Shown here: piece by piece, positions 1 through 12,428 of the stretch
Position numbering within the stretch: position 1 is the stretch's first letter
How the letters are laid out: each line of letters opens with the position of its first letter
Source: Octopus vulgaris
Taxonomy: Eukaryota
Length of the DNA: 64,000 nucleotides
Assembly: GCA_951406725.2 (NCBI GenBank)
Contig: OX597816.1
Location: 75,516,001 to 75,580,000, forward strand
Direction of reading: 5' to 3'
Made by a program: the position numbers and the translations under genes
The notes under the pieces: model-generated
The model's database searches: none
Seen by the model: the letters and a program-made list of their open reading frames with translations, nothing else
What the model was told of the DNA's origin: nothing

Positions 1-806
1 TCTGAATTTCCAGTCTTTGATTGTGTTTGAGACTGATAAATGGAGCCATTGTACATAAATGTAATTAGTCCACAATTGCTGATTGGTTCACACAGCATAG
101 TTTTAAGATTGCCATTCTATTTTCATTCTGCTCAAGTTAAACAACTAAACTTAGTCACAAGAACTAGTAGGCTAGAAATGGTCTTTTTGTGCCGAATTAA
201 CAACTAGAATGATGCTGCATGTTACTGTGTCATGTGATGAATTTGAATGTTTATAGTAGGGATCTTTTCAACATGATAGAAGGAACAGAAGGTATGGTGA
301 AAAGTTGAAGACTCTTTAGTTAGGAAGGAAGACGACCAGGTTGAGAACTGGTAGAAAGTTAAAGTTTATTGAGAACAATAGGGTGAGTGAGAAGAAAATA
401 AAAAGGCATTGTGAGTGTGTGTGCACACACATACACATTGCAAGAAATAAGGCTAGAAAAATGTAAAAAAAAAAAAAAGAAAGAAAGAAAGAAATAAACT
501 TTCACCTGGAAGTGAAGAGAATGTTTTCAGAAACAGTTTGTGGACAATTGATTGTATTAGGAAAGTGTATTTAGATATTTATATTGGAGTGTAAACCTGC
601 GTCCAAAGTTATAGATTTCTAAAGAAAAAAAAAATGTCAAGAAAGGCATGTCATTTAAGGGAAGGTAGGAAGAAAAGCTGGTGAACATGGGAAGTGGTAG
701 TTGTTGCATAGCACTCAAGGATGAAATAACTGAAATTAGTCTCAGCTACCCAGAGTTACATCTTTTGATAATAAACAGTGCATTAAAATTTGACTTGTAG
801 AATGTA

Positions 807-2030
807 CGAGGGTCAACTGAAAAGTTCATAGGCTGATGAGATACTCTCTTGGAATGTGACCAAATGAAGTTTATTTTTCAACATACTCCCCCATGCAGCC
901 CACACAATTCTTCCATCAGTGTTGCAGTGCTTGAATCTCATTGGTGAAGAAGCTTTCATTCTGTTGATCAAAAACATCATCAACAGTTGATATGATGTTA
1001 TCATCATTGCGATACTGGTTGTCACCAAGTGTTTTTTCATGTTAAAGAATACATCATAATCAGATGGGGCCAAATCAGGAGCATAAGGCGGCTTATCAAC
1101 CAGATCATAGCTACAGTCACAGACAGCAACCATTGAAACCAAGGACTTGTGTACTGGTGCACTGTTCTGATGAAATAAAACCCCTTTCCATCAGTTTTTC
1201 TGGGCATTTAGTCTTGATAACCTTTCATAACTGCAAGTTGGCACAGTGCTCTTCATTGATGTGGTTCTTTTGAAGATAATCTATAAACACAATTCCTTTT
1301 ACATCCCAAAAACCTGAGGCTATCACCTTCCCTGCAGATAAAACAATCTTGGCCTTCTTTGAAACAGGTGAATGGGTGGGGTGGTGTTTCTACTGCATGG
1401 ATTATCTCTTTGTTTCTGGTTCAAAGTGATAAACTCAACATCCATCTTGGGTTAGGAAATGTTGAAGGAAACCAGCTAGATCTGCTCAAACAATGTCAGA
1501 CTTTCCTGTGATGCAATCAGCCTGGTATGCTGTTGATCAAGTGTCAGAAGACATGATACCCACCAAACAGAAACCTTCATCATACCAAGTTCATTGCGCA
1601 GAATATTTGCAACTGTCTCACAGGATATGCTAATAGCATTGGCTCTTTGATTTATAGTCAATCACCTCTCATCCATCACCATGTGGTGAACACAATCAAT
1701 GTTTCACTCAATGGTTACAGTTGCAGGATGTCTAGACATTGAATCATCTTCAAGACTCTCTCTCTTGCTCTCCTAAATTCAGCTGCCCACTTTTACACTG
1801 TTGATAAAGCTGGAGCAGCAACCATGTCAGTATGAATGTTCTTGGGGACTAAACCCTTTTTCTGCAGATACTTAATAACACCACAATAATGTCAGATGTC
1901 AGTTTATCTGAAAGGAAACCATGCAGTTGAAATTAATGCATGCAGTAAGAAAAGTTGAAATTAATGCATGCAAGATTTCACAACTTCAGCATCAATTCTT
2001 TCAAATTCTGTCTTTGATTTTTTCAGCCTA
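807..2030 (-). mobile_element. Degenerate mariner (Tc1/mariner) transposon
   Basis: TA followed by a cgagggtcaactgaaaagttcatagg terminus at 805. Minus-strand frames give PPYAPDLAPSDY (the mariner YSPDLAPxD motif) and ISCETVANILRNELGMMKVSVWWVSCLLT (HTH and WVP region). Several stops and frameshifts; the far TIR is eroded. Confidence 0.85.
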
Positions 2031-4212
2031 CACTTTTAGAAAAAAAGGCCAAATTGTATAGCTTTGTACAAACAAATAGAAACATTTATATATTTCAGTT
2101 TATAAATAATTGATAATTTTAAAAAATTTACCTGAATGTTACAATGAAGCATTTCATTAATCAGTTAAAACATCTTTTAAAGATGCAACAAAATGTCTGC
2201 CATACGATAAAATCAAGTGTAGGTTTTCTGAAATTCCATCTACTTAGTTTGTTGGTTTTTCTGGATGTTATTGCATTTATTATGAATAATATTATTGCAA
2301 TATATTATGACATAGATCAAGTATTACCCTCCAAGCTCAAATCCTATTTGGCTTAAATTTTTTTTTTATCTTAAATATCTGACATTGTGTATATCTCATA
2401 CTGAAGTTGATTCAGTTGATTGTATTACATGTTTGTGGCCTTGTGCCAATATTAGAAATTATTACAAGTTATTTAACAAAGATATTTAGTCTTGCCTTTG
2501 TAATACACTGTTTTGAAATTCAGCTTAACTTAGCTCTCCTTTCTTTTCTCTGGTGTTGATAAAATAAATGGCCTTTGTCATCTGTTATAAACCATCCAAG
2601 CAGCAACTTTACAGCTTTTTGTATTTACACGTATGGTTGATCTTGCTAATATTGGTATCAAAAACCAAATAGGTACTGCCTGTTTCATTGTTTTTTTCTT
2701 CCTTCCTTGTTTCAACTGAAGAACTGCATCATGTATCCTCCTACATGTGAATGAAATTTCTGTTTTTGTTGTTCTCAAAGCTACCCTGTTATTAGTAACA
2801 CTTACCCATTTCTTGTGGTCAATATGCCACTTGATCAGGTTGTACTTAGATATGTCTGTGAAGCACAACTTTGGTCTTCTCTTTCGCACTTCTTGAGAAA
2901 GCTCCCGTTGCCTTCCATTCATTTCACATTGTAACTCTTGCTGATACAAGATTAGTTTTCAGGTGTTGGGATAATTAATTATTGGTTATAATCTTTCGCC
3001 TATCTGATATTGTGAAATTATTATTAGAAATTATTATTGTGAATTGATATTTAAAAAAGATTGAACCACCTGCTGCTCTTTTTGATTTGATAACCATAAT
3101 TGTCCTGCTTCTACTGTATGGTTAAGAAGTTCACTTCCCAACCACATGGTTCTAGGATTCAGTTCTACTACTTGGCATCTTAAGCAAGTGTCTTTTCTCC
3201 TGGCTGACCAAAGCTTAGAAGGAAATTGAAAGAAGCTTTGTGTGTGTCCTTGTTTTAACATTGCATGATGATTGTCACTGTCATATGAGCAGTGTTGTTT
3301 GTTTCCATTTGGCCAATTAAGAAACATTTCCCTGCTTACAAACAGGTGATGGTTGGTGGCAGGAAAGATATTTGGTCATAAAGAATTTGCCTCACTATTA
3401 AATGAACAATCACTGGTATTGAGACAATAAGAGACACACTCACTCACTCACTCTGCTGGAAATAAGTTAAATTTCCTGTCAGTTGCATCCTATCATCTTC
3501 AAAAAAGAAGAGATATTAGTCCTATATACAAAAAAGATGAAACAATCAGTGTTGTAAGACCTCAGATTATAGAAGAGACATAACAAGAATACCCACCAAT
3601 GTCATGCCATTTTGATAAAGTTTTTAATGGCACTCTCCTAGTGAGGAATCTAGATCAATGATATTCTTAATTTTATTTTAGACATTTTAGAAATTTACGT
3701 TATGTTCTAAACAACAACTGCACGTGTGCGCGTGCACACACACACACACACACACCTACCCCCCCCTTTATAAGTTATTTGTAATATTCAAGTCCTGGAT
3801 CAATGGGCTTGTTATTTATAAATTTGTGTATCCTTATTTCATTTTAGTATTTTAAACTCAATATATTTAATAAAATAAGTTAACTTCATAAAATAATCTA
3901 TATGTCCAAAGATAGACTGTAACTGTAACAAGCCTCAATCTGCAATTTATGAAATACTGTTGTGGCTCTAACATTGTTGCAGCACCATAATGGATGATGG
4001 GGGAAGTGAACACAGCTTAGGATGCAAAGTTCTTCCTTGCTGATAAACCTATCTTTTGTTCAATTGATCTGCAGGTATTTTGTGTATTTGAGGCAGTATA
4101 TTTACATTTATATATATCAGTTCATTTAGCTATATGATAAGTTTCAGTTTATCGGAGAATGTTATGTGATATGCTATTGACAGTTTGTAATTTGATTAAT
4201 GTCAAGAGTGAA

Positions 4213-4500
4213 GGCGCATGGCTTAGTGGTTAGGGTATTTGGTTCCTGATCGTATGGTCATGAGTTCATTTCCCAACGACATGTTGTGTCTTTGAGTAAG
4301 ACTCTTTATTTCATGATGCTCCAGTCCATTCAGCTGGCAAAAATGAGTAGTAGTAGTAGTAGTAACTGTATTTCAAAGGGCCACCCATGTCACACTCTGT
4401 GTCATGCTGATTCTCTCTGAGAACTAGGTTAAGGTTTCACAAGCAGGCTGTTTCATTGATCAGATCAACTGGAACCCTTGTCGTCCTAACCAACAGAATG
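4213..4500 (+). mobile_element. tRNA-derived SINE
   Basis: GGCGCATGGCTTAGTGGTTAG (A box) and GAGTTCATTTCC (B-box-like). Related copies lie on the minus strand at about 53087-53269 and, degenerate, near 24910. Confidence 0.75.
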
Positions 4501-4913
4501 ACAGTCAGTGTCAAGAAGTTTGAGTGATCTATTGGCTCTTACAAACATCCCTGAGGCCTATATCTAGTGTGAACCAGTTCACAAATATTGGGTTAAAATA
4601 TTACTGTTTGATCTGGTAGAAATGTAGTGAAATGATACAGTAAATCAGGTTATTCTTATTTTACTTGGGGGATTTTTCTCACTTGGCAACTGCTGTTCTG
4701 TTCATGTCTGCTTTCAGTATTGTTTTACTGAGTTTACTCCTTTCTCTAGCTTGTTCTGTTGTCTCTCTGTTTATCTAATTCTCTTCCTCACATACTTTGT
4801 TCTTGAGTTGCCCCAGCCTGGTTTACAGTTTTGAACCTTAGCTTTCTATTATTTCTATATGCCTGAACAAATTATTTCCCACAAAGTGTATAGCTGATAT
4901 GTATATATTAGAA

Positions 4914-5125
4914 GGCAGCAAACTGGCAGAATTGTTAGCACTCTGGCCAAAATGCTTAGCAGCATTTCATGTCTTTATGTTCTGAGTTCAAATTCTGCTG
5001 AGGTTGACTTTGCCTTTCATTTTTTGGGGTTGATAAAATAAGTACCACCTGAACACTGGGCCAATATAATCGACTTACTCCCTCCTCTGAACTTACTAGT
5101 TTTGTACCAAAATTTGAAACCAATA
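4914..5125 (+). mobile_element. tRNA-related SINE (gagttcaaatt...gactttgcctttcat...gataaaataagtacc family)
   Basis: The same motif string recurs at about 24170-24330 (+), 36380-36520 (-), 37575-37782 (-), 46530-46720 (+), 46925-47110 (+) and 63535-63660 (+). Confidence 0.7.
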
Positions 5126-6254
5126 TATAATGGAAATAATATCAATGAATTGTTTGCTCTTTGTATGTGCAACTGTGGTTGGCAGGAAGGTTAGTATTCA
5201 TTGGAATTCACAGATTTATGTAATTTGTGTTAACATGTGGGAAGTCACCATTATTTGTCAACCAAAACCTGCAAACCTCTGTCAAAATTTGCCACCAGAT
5301 ATGTGGCCAGTCATGATTTTCTTTGCCACAATTAAGCCTCTGATAACACCTGCCTGATAATCTTGATTTTAGGAAGTCTTTAGCAGTTATCAAATCCATC
5401 GCCTACATTTGTCATTTACAATTTTGGTAAGTAGTTTGTAATGATGTACCTTTTCACTCTACATATAACAAAATTGTAAATTCTTGACTGACAACCTTCT
5501 TCTGCTTCTGGTTACCATATGATATTCTGGTGTATACTATATGGTAAATAGATGGATTTGGATAGGTTGGTTAAATTATGTTAAAGTGTTGTTAAGGAAG
5601 AAACTTTTTTTTTTTACATTAGTTACATTTAATAACTTCTTATCCCTGGTATAGTTTTGTGATTAAGATAGCATAAAATGTTTGACTTCTGTAACTTTAA
5701 ACCTTACTTTTGATCAGATTTGTTTGTAGGGCATGCAATGTGTATTCTAATTATACCTTGTACTTTTGGAACATCATTGTGTGTGTGTGTTGAAGTACTT
5801 CATATTAACATTTTGAATGTGTGGTTCAGAAGTTTGTTTCTTAATCATTTGGTTTGTTCTATTATGTGATGCTTAGGGCTGGCAAATCACAATAAGTGGG
5901 TTTAGTAGATGAAAATTGAAAGCAGTGTGTGTGTGTGTGTATATCTCCTTGATTTTGATAGCATACAATAGTAGTAAACAAATGCTGCCTTCATATTAGG
6001 GTGTCATTTGTTTTCAGTATTCTGTAAACATATCCGGCTAGAGGGAATATTATCTTGTTTGGAATCATATTCTTGTTGGCAACAAGAAGGGCCTCCTACC
6101 ATAGAAAATTTGCCTCAATAAATTCTTTGTGACACTTATATGGAAAAGTAGATACTAAAGTGATGATAGTATTTACATTTTTACTCCCACAATTTTTTTT
6201 ATTAAAAAATGATTTTTATTGTGTGATTCATTGTTATATTTTATTTCATTTTAG

Positions 6255-6343
6255 ATATAACTATGCCAAAACACAAATGCAAGCTGGCGATCAGAAAGTT
6301 TCTCTAGGTGCTAGTAGCCATATTTTAGCTGCTAGTCAAGCAG
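6255..6343 (+). CDS. SLC25A32: Mitochondrial folate/FAD carrier (SLC25A32-like), first exon visible in window; upstream exons lie outside
   Basis: Acceptor ttcattttag, donor CAG|gtaagt. Encodes YNYAKTQMQAGDQKVSLGASSHILAASQA(G), resembling the end of helix 2 and start of helix 3 of SLC25A32. The phase-1 end joins the next exon in frame. Confidence 0.88.
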
Positions 6344-6679
6344 GTAAGTGAATATTAATACGTATTACATATATTTGCTTGTGATATATATATATTTTCA
6401 GGGATGCCTGTAAAAGTTTCTAATATTCAAACCATCACCATTTTCATCAGATTTTTAATGTTATCGTATCTGCATATTTAGTTGAATATTTTTACAACAG
6501 TATAGGAAACTTGCTACTATAAAATAATTCTTTTTTGATTTCAACCATTTAGACATAGGGAACAAGCTCTGTTAATTGTACATAGAGCCAGTGTAAGAGC
6601 CTTTAAGCAGTCATTTGACTTACTAGTAATAACAAACAAATCTTCAAATTATACCCTACTGTCTTAAAAACAAAAAAGT

Positions 6680-6963
6680 GGTGGTCTGTGGACTGGTGCC
6701 GGTGTGCGAGCCACCAGCTGCCAGTATGTGGCGAATTTCCAGAAAAGAAAGCAACATTATAAAATGCTTATGTAATAGGGTATTATTTGTTTACAAAATA
6801 AATATAAGATAAAAAAAAAATGTCAACTTTTATTATATTCATTATATATATTGTTTCCAGTATAAATTAATATTACTAAGAAATATTACTGGTCCCTGGT
6901 AAATTGGAAAAAAAGAGAAGAAAAAACACTGGTATGCCACATCAGGTAGTTTGAGAAGCACTG
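6680..6963. mobile_element. hAT/Charlie-like MITE remnant nested in a SINE
   Basis: Ends in tttgagaagcactg followed by gtctagag (Charlie-type CAGTG terminus, NTCTAGAN target). The left end is missing. Confidence 0.5.
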
Positions 6964-7644
6964 GTCTAGAGAATACTGTAGCAAAGAATGGGGAATGACT
7001 ACTTGATCATAGCTAGAATGTCTTTGATTATTAGTCTGCTCGATCAGAGATAGGCAAAGGTAGCCAACATATTGAAAGCTTTCACACAGAATGTAATGTT
7101 TGCTTTTTTTTTTTCAATCTTGATCTATATTTTGAAGTTTTGATTAGAATAATTGGACTTATAATATTCCTCATTTACTACATCTTGATCAGGGAGTTGA
7201 TATTATATCTGCTAATGTGTATAAAATTGAATTGTCTATTGTATTTTCTTTTTGAGAAATATACACCATGTTTAGTAAAATCATGTTATATTGAGCATTG
7301 CTAATAGATATTATCCTTTGATTGTACCTAAGTGTACAAACAAGTTTAGCCAAGATGCTGGTGCAATTAGCAATACCTATTCAGCTGTTTAATGCAGTAG
7401 GATACTAGTACTTAAGCAGAAGTTTATTGTCAGTTGCTATGCAAGAGGACCACCACATATTGAACATTACAGTGCAATTTGTTACTGTCATTTTTCAGAA
7501 ATGTTATTGTCACATGTTATAAATGTGAAATCTATAAAATTTAATGATCAGAATATTTTTGAATTTGTATTTGATGTTCCATAATTGCTTTTTATGATTG
7601 TGGTAACATTAATTATTTCAATTTATTAATCTGTTTACTTTCAG

Positions 7645-7808
7645 GTGTTTTATCTTTACTAGTTGTCAATCCTGTTTTTGTTGCGAAGACACGCCTATGT
7701 TTACAGTATGAGCAAACTTCAGAAATTCATAAAAAAACATACTATAGAGGATTGAGTGATGCCTTAGTGAAAATATTTAAGCAGGAAGGTTTTAAGGGTT
7801 TTTATAAG
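7645..7808 (+). CDS. SLC25A32: SLC25A32-like exon, second carrier repeat signature
   Basis: Acceptor ttactttcag, donor AAG|gtaaat. Encodes (G)VLSLLVVNPVFVAKTRLCLQYEQTSEIHKKTYYRGLSDALVKIFKQEGFKGFYK, with the PxxxxKxRL and EGxxGFYKG carrier motifs. Confidence 0.95.
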
Positions 7809-10754
7809 GTAAATTCATTCACATCCTTATTCTGTTCAATTTCTTATTGCCCAAATTTTTGAAGCAAGTAAAACAATTATGAGAATTAAAAAATATACTA
7901 AATTTTAATCTTATCTTTCAATAATTGACCTATAGGACACTAGTGGTTGGAAAATTGAGATTGCAAGAAATATATACTTGTGCAAGCATTTAATTTTTTT
8001 ATATTTGAAACTGCAATCACTATAGCAGTAATGAGATACAGTAGCTAGATAGACTACTGACCATATGGTTTAAGTTATATTATTTCATGGCTGAATGCTT
8101 ACTGGAATGAAGAACATCTAACGGCTAAAAAAAAACCAAACGAACAAAAAATGATATCTACCTATTGAGCTGTCTTTTGTGTACATACACTCTCCAATAT
8201 ATGTGTGTAGTATCCATTGTTTTTGTTTTTTGTTAGAATGTACACTACTTTCAGTAGCAGGCATTTTTTCCCTCATCCAACAGATGTGGATAAAAACAGA
8301 TTTTCTCACATTTGATGACAGCTTATGAATTCAAAGTTGTTGTGACATCTCTATTTCTGTCTCACTCACACATGAAATTAAACAGTGGTCATTGTCAAAC
8401 ATTTTTTGACCTTGTATGAAGATAACTATCTATTCATTTGAAAACTTTTTATACATGTGCTTCTATTTGGAATTTTTTTTTTTTTGCTAAATGGCATATA
8501 AATTATGGGGACATATGATGTCTTTCTTACTGCTAACCACTCTACTGCACTTTTTTTGCAACTAACGAGACTGAGGTGAGCTGAACAGAATGTATGTGTG
8601 GTTTAGGAGTAGGGAGTGAGTACAACATTTCTAAGAAGTATTCAATAGTTCACAATGTAAATGTTACAGATATTGTTTGTTATAAGTTAAAATGCAATCA
8701 TCACCATCATTGTGTTCTCATTCAACTTCGGCATGTTTTGGATGGGTCATCACATTCTGAAACAGTTCTTATTTGGAGCAACTAGTTCTTTCTTCTGGTG
8801 GATTGGAGATTACATATTGCTTCTATATTCAATTTTTCATCATTGTTTCAATTGGTAGCTCCCTTTCCTAATGCTAGTTGCTTTGCAGAGTATACTTCAT
8901 GCATTTTATTGTGGCACCAGGAAGGTTTCTTTGTTCTCTGGAAGACTAAAGATCCTCTCTGATTTATGTTGTTTTTGTTTATATAAAGCAAACATGATAT
9001 CTTGCTTTGTTTGGTGTTAAATGTGTTAAAGTCAATATTGATGATAATGATTTTTTTATGCAGCACTGGCGTGTAAAAAGTATCTTTGTTGATGCCATGT
9101 ATAAAGCACCCATGCTGGTACCATGTAAAATGCACTCAGTACACTCTGTAAAATGGTTGGTGTTAGAAAGGGTATCCAGCCATAGAAATCATCCCAAAAC
9201 AGACAATTGGATGGAGCTTGGTGCAGCTCTTTGGCTGGCTAGCTTTTGTCAAATTCTCCAACCTATGCCAGCATGAGTCTCTAAGTATTTGGTGAAGGTT
9301 TTGATTTAATCAATTCCTAATACTTGACTGGTACATGCATCAAGATCAGAGGAATGAAAGGCAGCATCAGCCTCTGCAGCTATGGATTTTGCCTGGCATT
9401 CAGCCATTTCTACTATACCATTGTCCATACCTATGATAAATTGATACATCAGACATTTTCCTCTAATTTGATCTCAGTAAAAGTTATTTACAAGCTTTGG
9501 CTAAAAAACAAAAAACAAAAACAAAACAAAACAAATTCCCAAAGCAAGATGGAGTGAATAATTAGAATGATATGTATATATATATATATAATTACCATTG
9601 AACATCTGCTTTCCATGATGAATGGGTTGGATGATTTGACAGGTGCTAGCCAGGCAGAAGACTGTGCCATATATATATATATATATATCATCATCATCAT
9701 ATATATTAGTTGTGTGTGTGTGTAAAAACAAAACACCACTGCTGGTGCTATGTAAACACTTCTATAGAAAGTTATCATTCTGGCTTGGTTTCTATGGCTG
9801 GATGCCCTGCCTATCACTAATCACTTTAGGGGTGCACTAGAGAGGTTAATAAGCCCTCCAACTGTAGGGGCCTCACAATCTTACACTTTCTCCTCCACTC
9901 GTTTGCCTCCCACTTTAAACTATGTACTGGGTTTTTTCTTCATGGCACCAGCACTAAGGGCCTTCTCAACCTAACTTCTGTTTGCTCATCAACCACTCTA
10001 GAGAGTGTGCAGGCAAAGGTGTTTTCCATTGTGGCACCAGCATACAAGGTGATGGGGTGCCTTGTGTGCTGTAAGTATAGAGGGTACTCAATTATCTAAG
10101 ACATACTTTTGCTAATTGAGTAGAGTTAACAGTGGAAGGCTGGACTGGGAAGGTGAAAAGTAAAAATGAAACATGATTATAATTAATTTATGTGAGATAT
10201 TTTATCATGTGCATAATAATTTAATGGATAATATTTTATCATGTGCATAATAATTTAATGGATTTCAAATATACCTCACAAAGAAAACATCTGGTACTCA
10301 CCACAGCTTACCTTGTGTTATATGTAAATTTTTTGGTGATTATTCACCCAATCAACTGCTGTTGAACTGAAGACGATTATTCATTTAGTAGTAGCACAAT
10401 ATATAGTAGTTACCAACATGCATATATATCATACATGCCCTGAAAGTGACGCTTTGGCATGTCCTTGGTTGTGTTAACTAAATTAAACTAAAGAACACAC
10501 AAGATTCTAAGCTATTGATTATTCTTTGTGCTTGCTTGAGTCTACCTAAGCAACAAAAATTCTGCTTTGAGAGTTGCTTGCAGTTGTAAAACCACTTGCC
10601 ACAAATTAGTTAAAAAAAAAGACAAAGTTTTGTGTTACCATGACAAAGTGGATGTAATGCTGTGTGTGCTCATGCATATAAATATTTATTGATTATGATT
10701 TTTCACATCAATTGCAGACTATTTTGCTTTTTTTTTTGTATTTTATTTTTATAG

Positions 10755-10868
10755 GGTTTCATACCAGGTGTCTTTGGGGTTTCGCATGGTGTTATTCAGT
10801 TTGTAACTTATGAAGAAATGAAATCTCTATATAACAAGTATCACGAGAGACCTATACATTACAGGCTG
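10755..10868 (+). CDS. SLC25A32: SLC25A32-like exon, helix 4
   Basis: Acceptor tttttatag, donor CTG|gtaaga. Encodes GFIPGVFGVSHGVIQFVTYEEMKSLYNKYHERPIHYRL; the PGxFGxSHGxxQF motif is typical of SLC25A32/MFT. Confidence 0.95.
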
Positions 10869-10984
10869 GTAAGATTTGTTAATTTTTCCTTCCTTTACCT
10901 CTCCCCTTCTCATTAACCATTTCCCACTTGTTTAAAGAGGAAACTAACTGACAGATATCTAAATGATTTAGTAACAATATTATA

Positions 10985-12428
10985 TCAGGTCATCCCATAA
11001 GTTCTGTCCGATTTTACCTTTTTTAAAATTGAATGAAATTTAATAGTATTTTAGAATGTCTAATGGAATTAAAAATTATTTTTATGCATTTGTGTACATT
11101 TAAACTAATTAAATATTATTTTACAGAATAATAGAATTAAAATTTCTTCGATTAAAACCCTTTCTAACATGGAAGTATCCAAAGAGCATTTAAGGCACAT
11201 AATGCTTTATGAGTACAAAAAAGGAAACTCTGCAGCCAATGCAACTCGAAACATACACTCAGTTTATGGGAAAGAATGCTTGAATGAAAGAACTTGCAGA
11301 AGATGGTTTGCAAAATTCAGAAGTGGGGATTTCAGCTTTGAAGATGAAGATTGAACAGGACGTCCAGTTGAGTTTGATAAGCTCCTTGAGGCATTACTTG
11401 AAGAAAATCCTGAATTATCAGTTGAAGAATTGGCAACAAAGCTTAGTTCAAACCATACAACTGTTCATCATCATCTTCAACAACTTGGAAAGGTTCCTAA
11501 ACTTGGAAAATGGGTGCCTCATGAATTGTCCAAAAGTAACCACAAATCCTGAGTTGACATTTGCTCTTCTCTCCATTCTTGCAAACTCATTTCACCCTTT
11601 TCGGATAGACTTGTGACTGGTGGCGTAAAATGGATTTTTTATTAAAATGTTAAATGTCGTAAACAGTGGCTTGGTAAAAGGGAAAATAGTCCACCACAAC
11701 CGAAAAGGGAACTTCATAGAAAAAAGGTTCTTCTCTGTATCTGGTGGGATTGCAAAAGAGTAATTCACTTTGAATTGTTACCACCTAATTCAACAATCAA
11801 TGCTCAAGTTTACTGTCAGCAATTAGAGCGTTTGAACCAAGCTTTGAATAAAAAAAGACCCGCTTTAGTCAATCGAAAAGGAGTGATGTTTCATCAGGAC
11901 AATGTGTGACCCCACACTGCAAAGATCACATCAGAGAAGATTGAAGAGCTTGGTTGGGAAAAAATTCCTCATCCACCTTACTCTCCCGACCTTGCTCCTT
12001 CAGACTGCCATTTATTTCATAGTTTACAGAATGATTTGGGGAACATAACTTTCGCAAGCCAGGAGGAGGTTGAAACTGACATTTCAGAGTTCTTCGCTTT
12101 GAAACCAAAAGGGTTTTGTCCAAAAAATTCCTCATCCACCTTACTCTCCCGACCTTGCTCCTTCAGACTGCCATTTATTTCGTAGTTTACAGAATGATTT
12201 GGGGAACATAACTTTCGCAAGCCAGGAGGAGGTCGAAACTGACATTTCAGAGTTCTTTTGAAACCAAAAGGGTTTTACATTGATGGGATTAAAGAGCTTG
12301 TAAATAGATGGAAGGAAGTCATAGATAATAAGGGAAAGTACATTGATGATTAAATTTCAATTAAATATCACATTTGATTACTTGTTTTCTTTATTCAAAA
12401 TTCGGACAGAACTTATGGGATGACCTGA
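10985..12428 (+). mobile_element. Full-length non-functional mariner transposon in the carrier intron
   Basis: Perfect 27-bp TIRs (tcaggtcatcccataagttctgtccga) flanked by TA at 10983-84 and 12429-30. Confidence 0.96.
11169..12353 (+). pseudogene. Mariner transposase pseudogene
   Basis: MEVSKEHLRHIMLYEY... HTH region, WVPHEL, VTGGVKW (first catalytic D lost), HQDN and YSPDLAPSD. In-frame stops, frameshifts and an internal duplication. Confidence 0.92.

Noticed and set aside
4213-4285. tRNA gene candidates at A/B-box sites
   Set aside because: No cloverleaf closes and the heads run into shared SINE bodies.
10197-10263. 34-bp tandem duplication, with a similar 37-bp one at 34354-34425
   Set aside because: Ordinary short slippage or repair duplications with no further structure.
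10869-11169. Possible carrier-transposase fusion, since a sense mariner starts 116 bp after an exon
   Set aside because: The transposase has a stop after 61 codons and has lost a catalytic residue; nothing suggests preserved coding.
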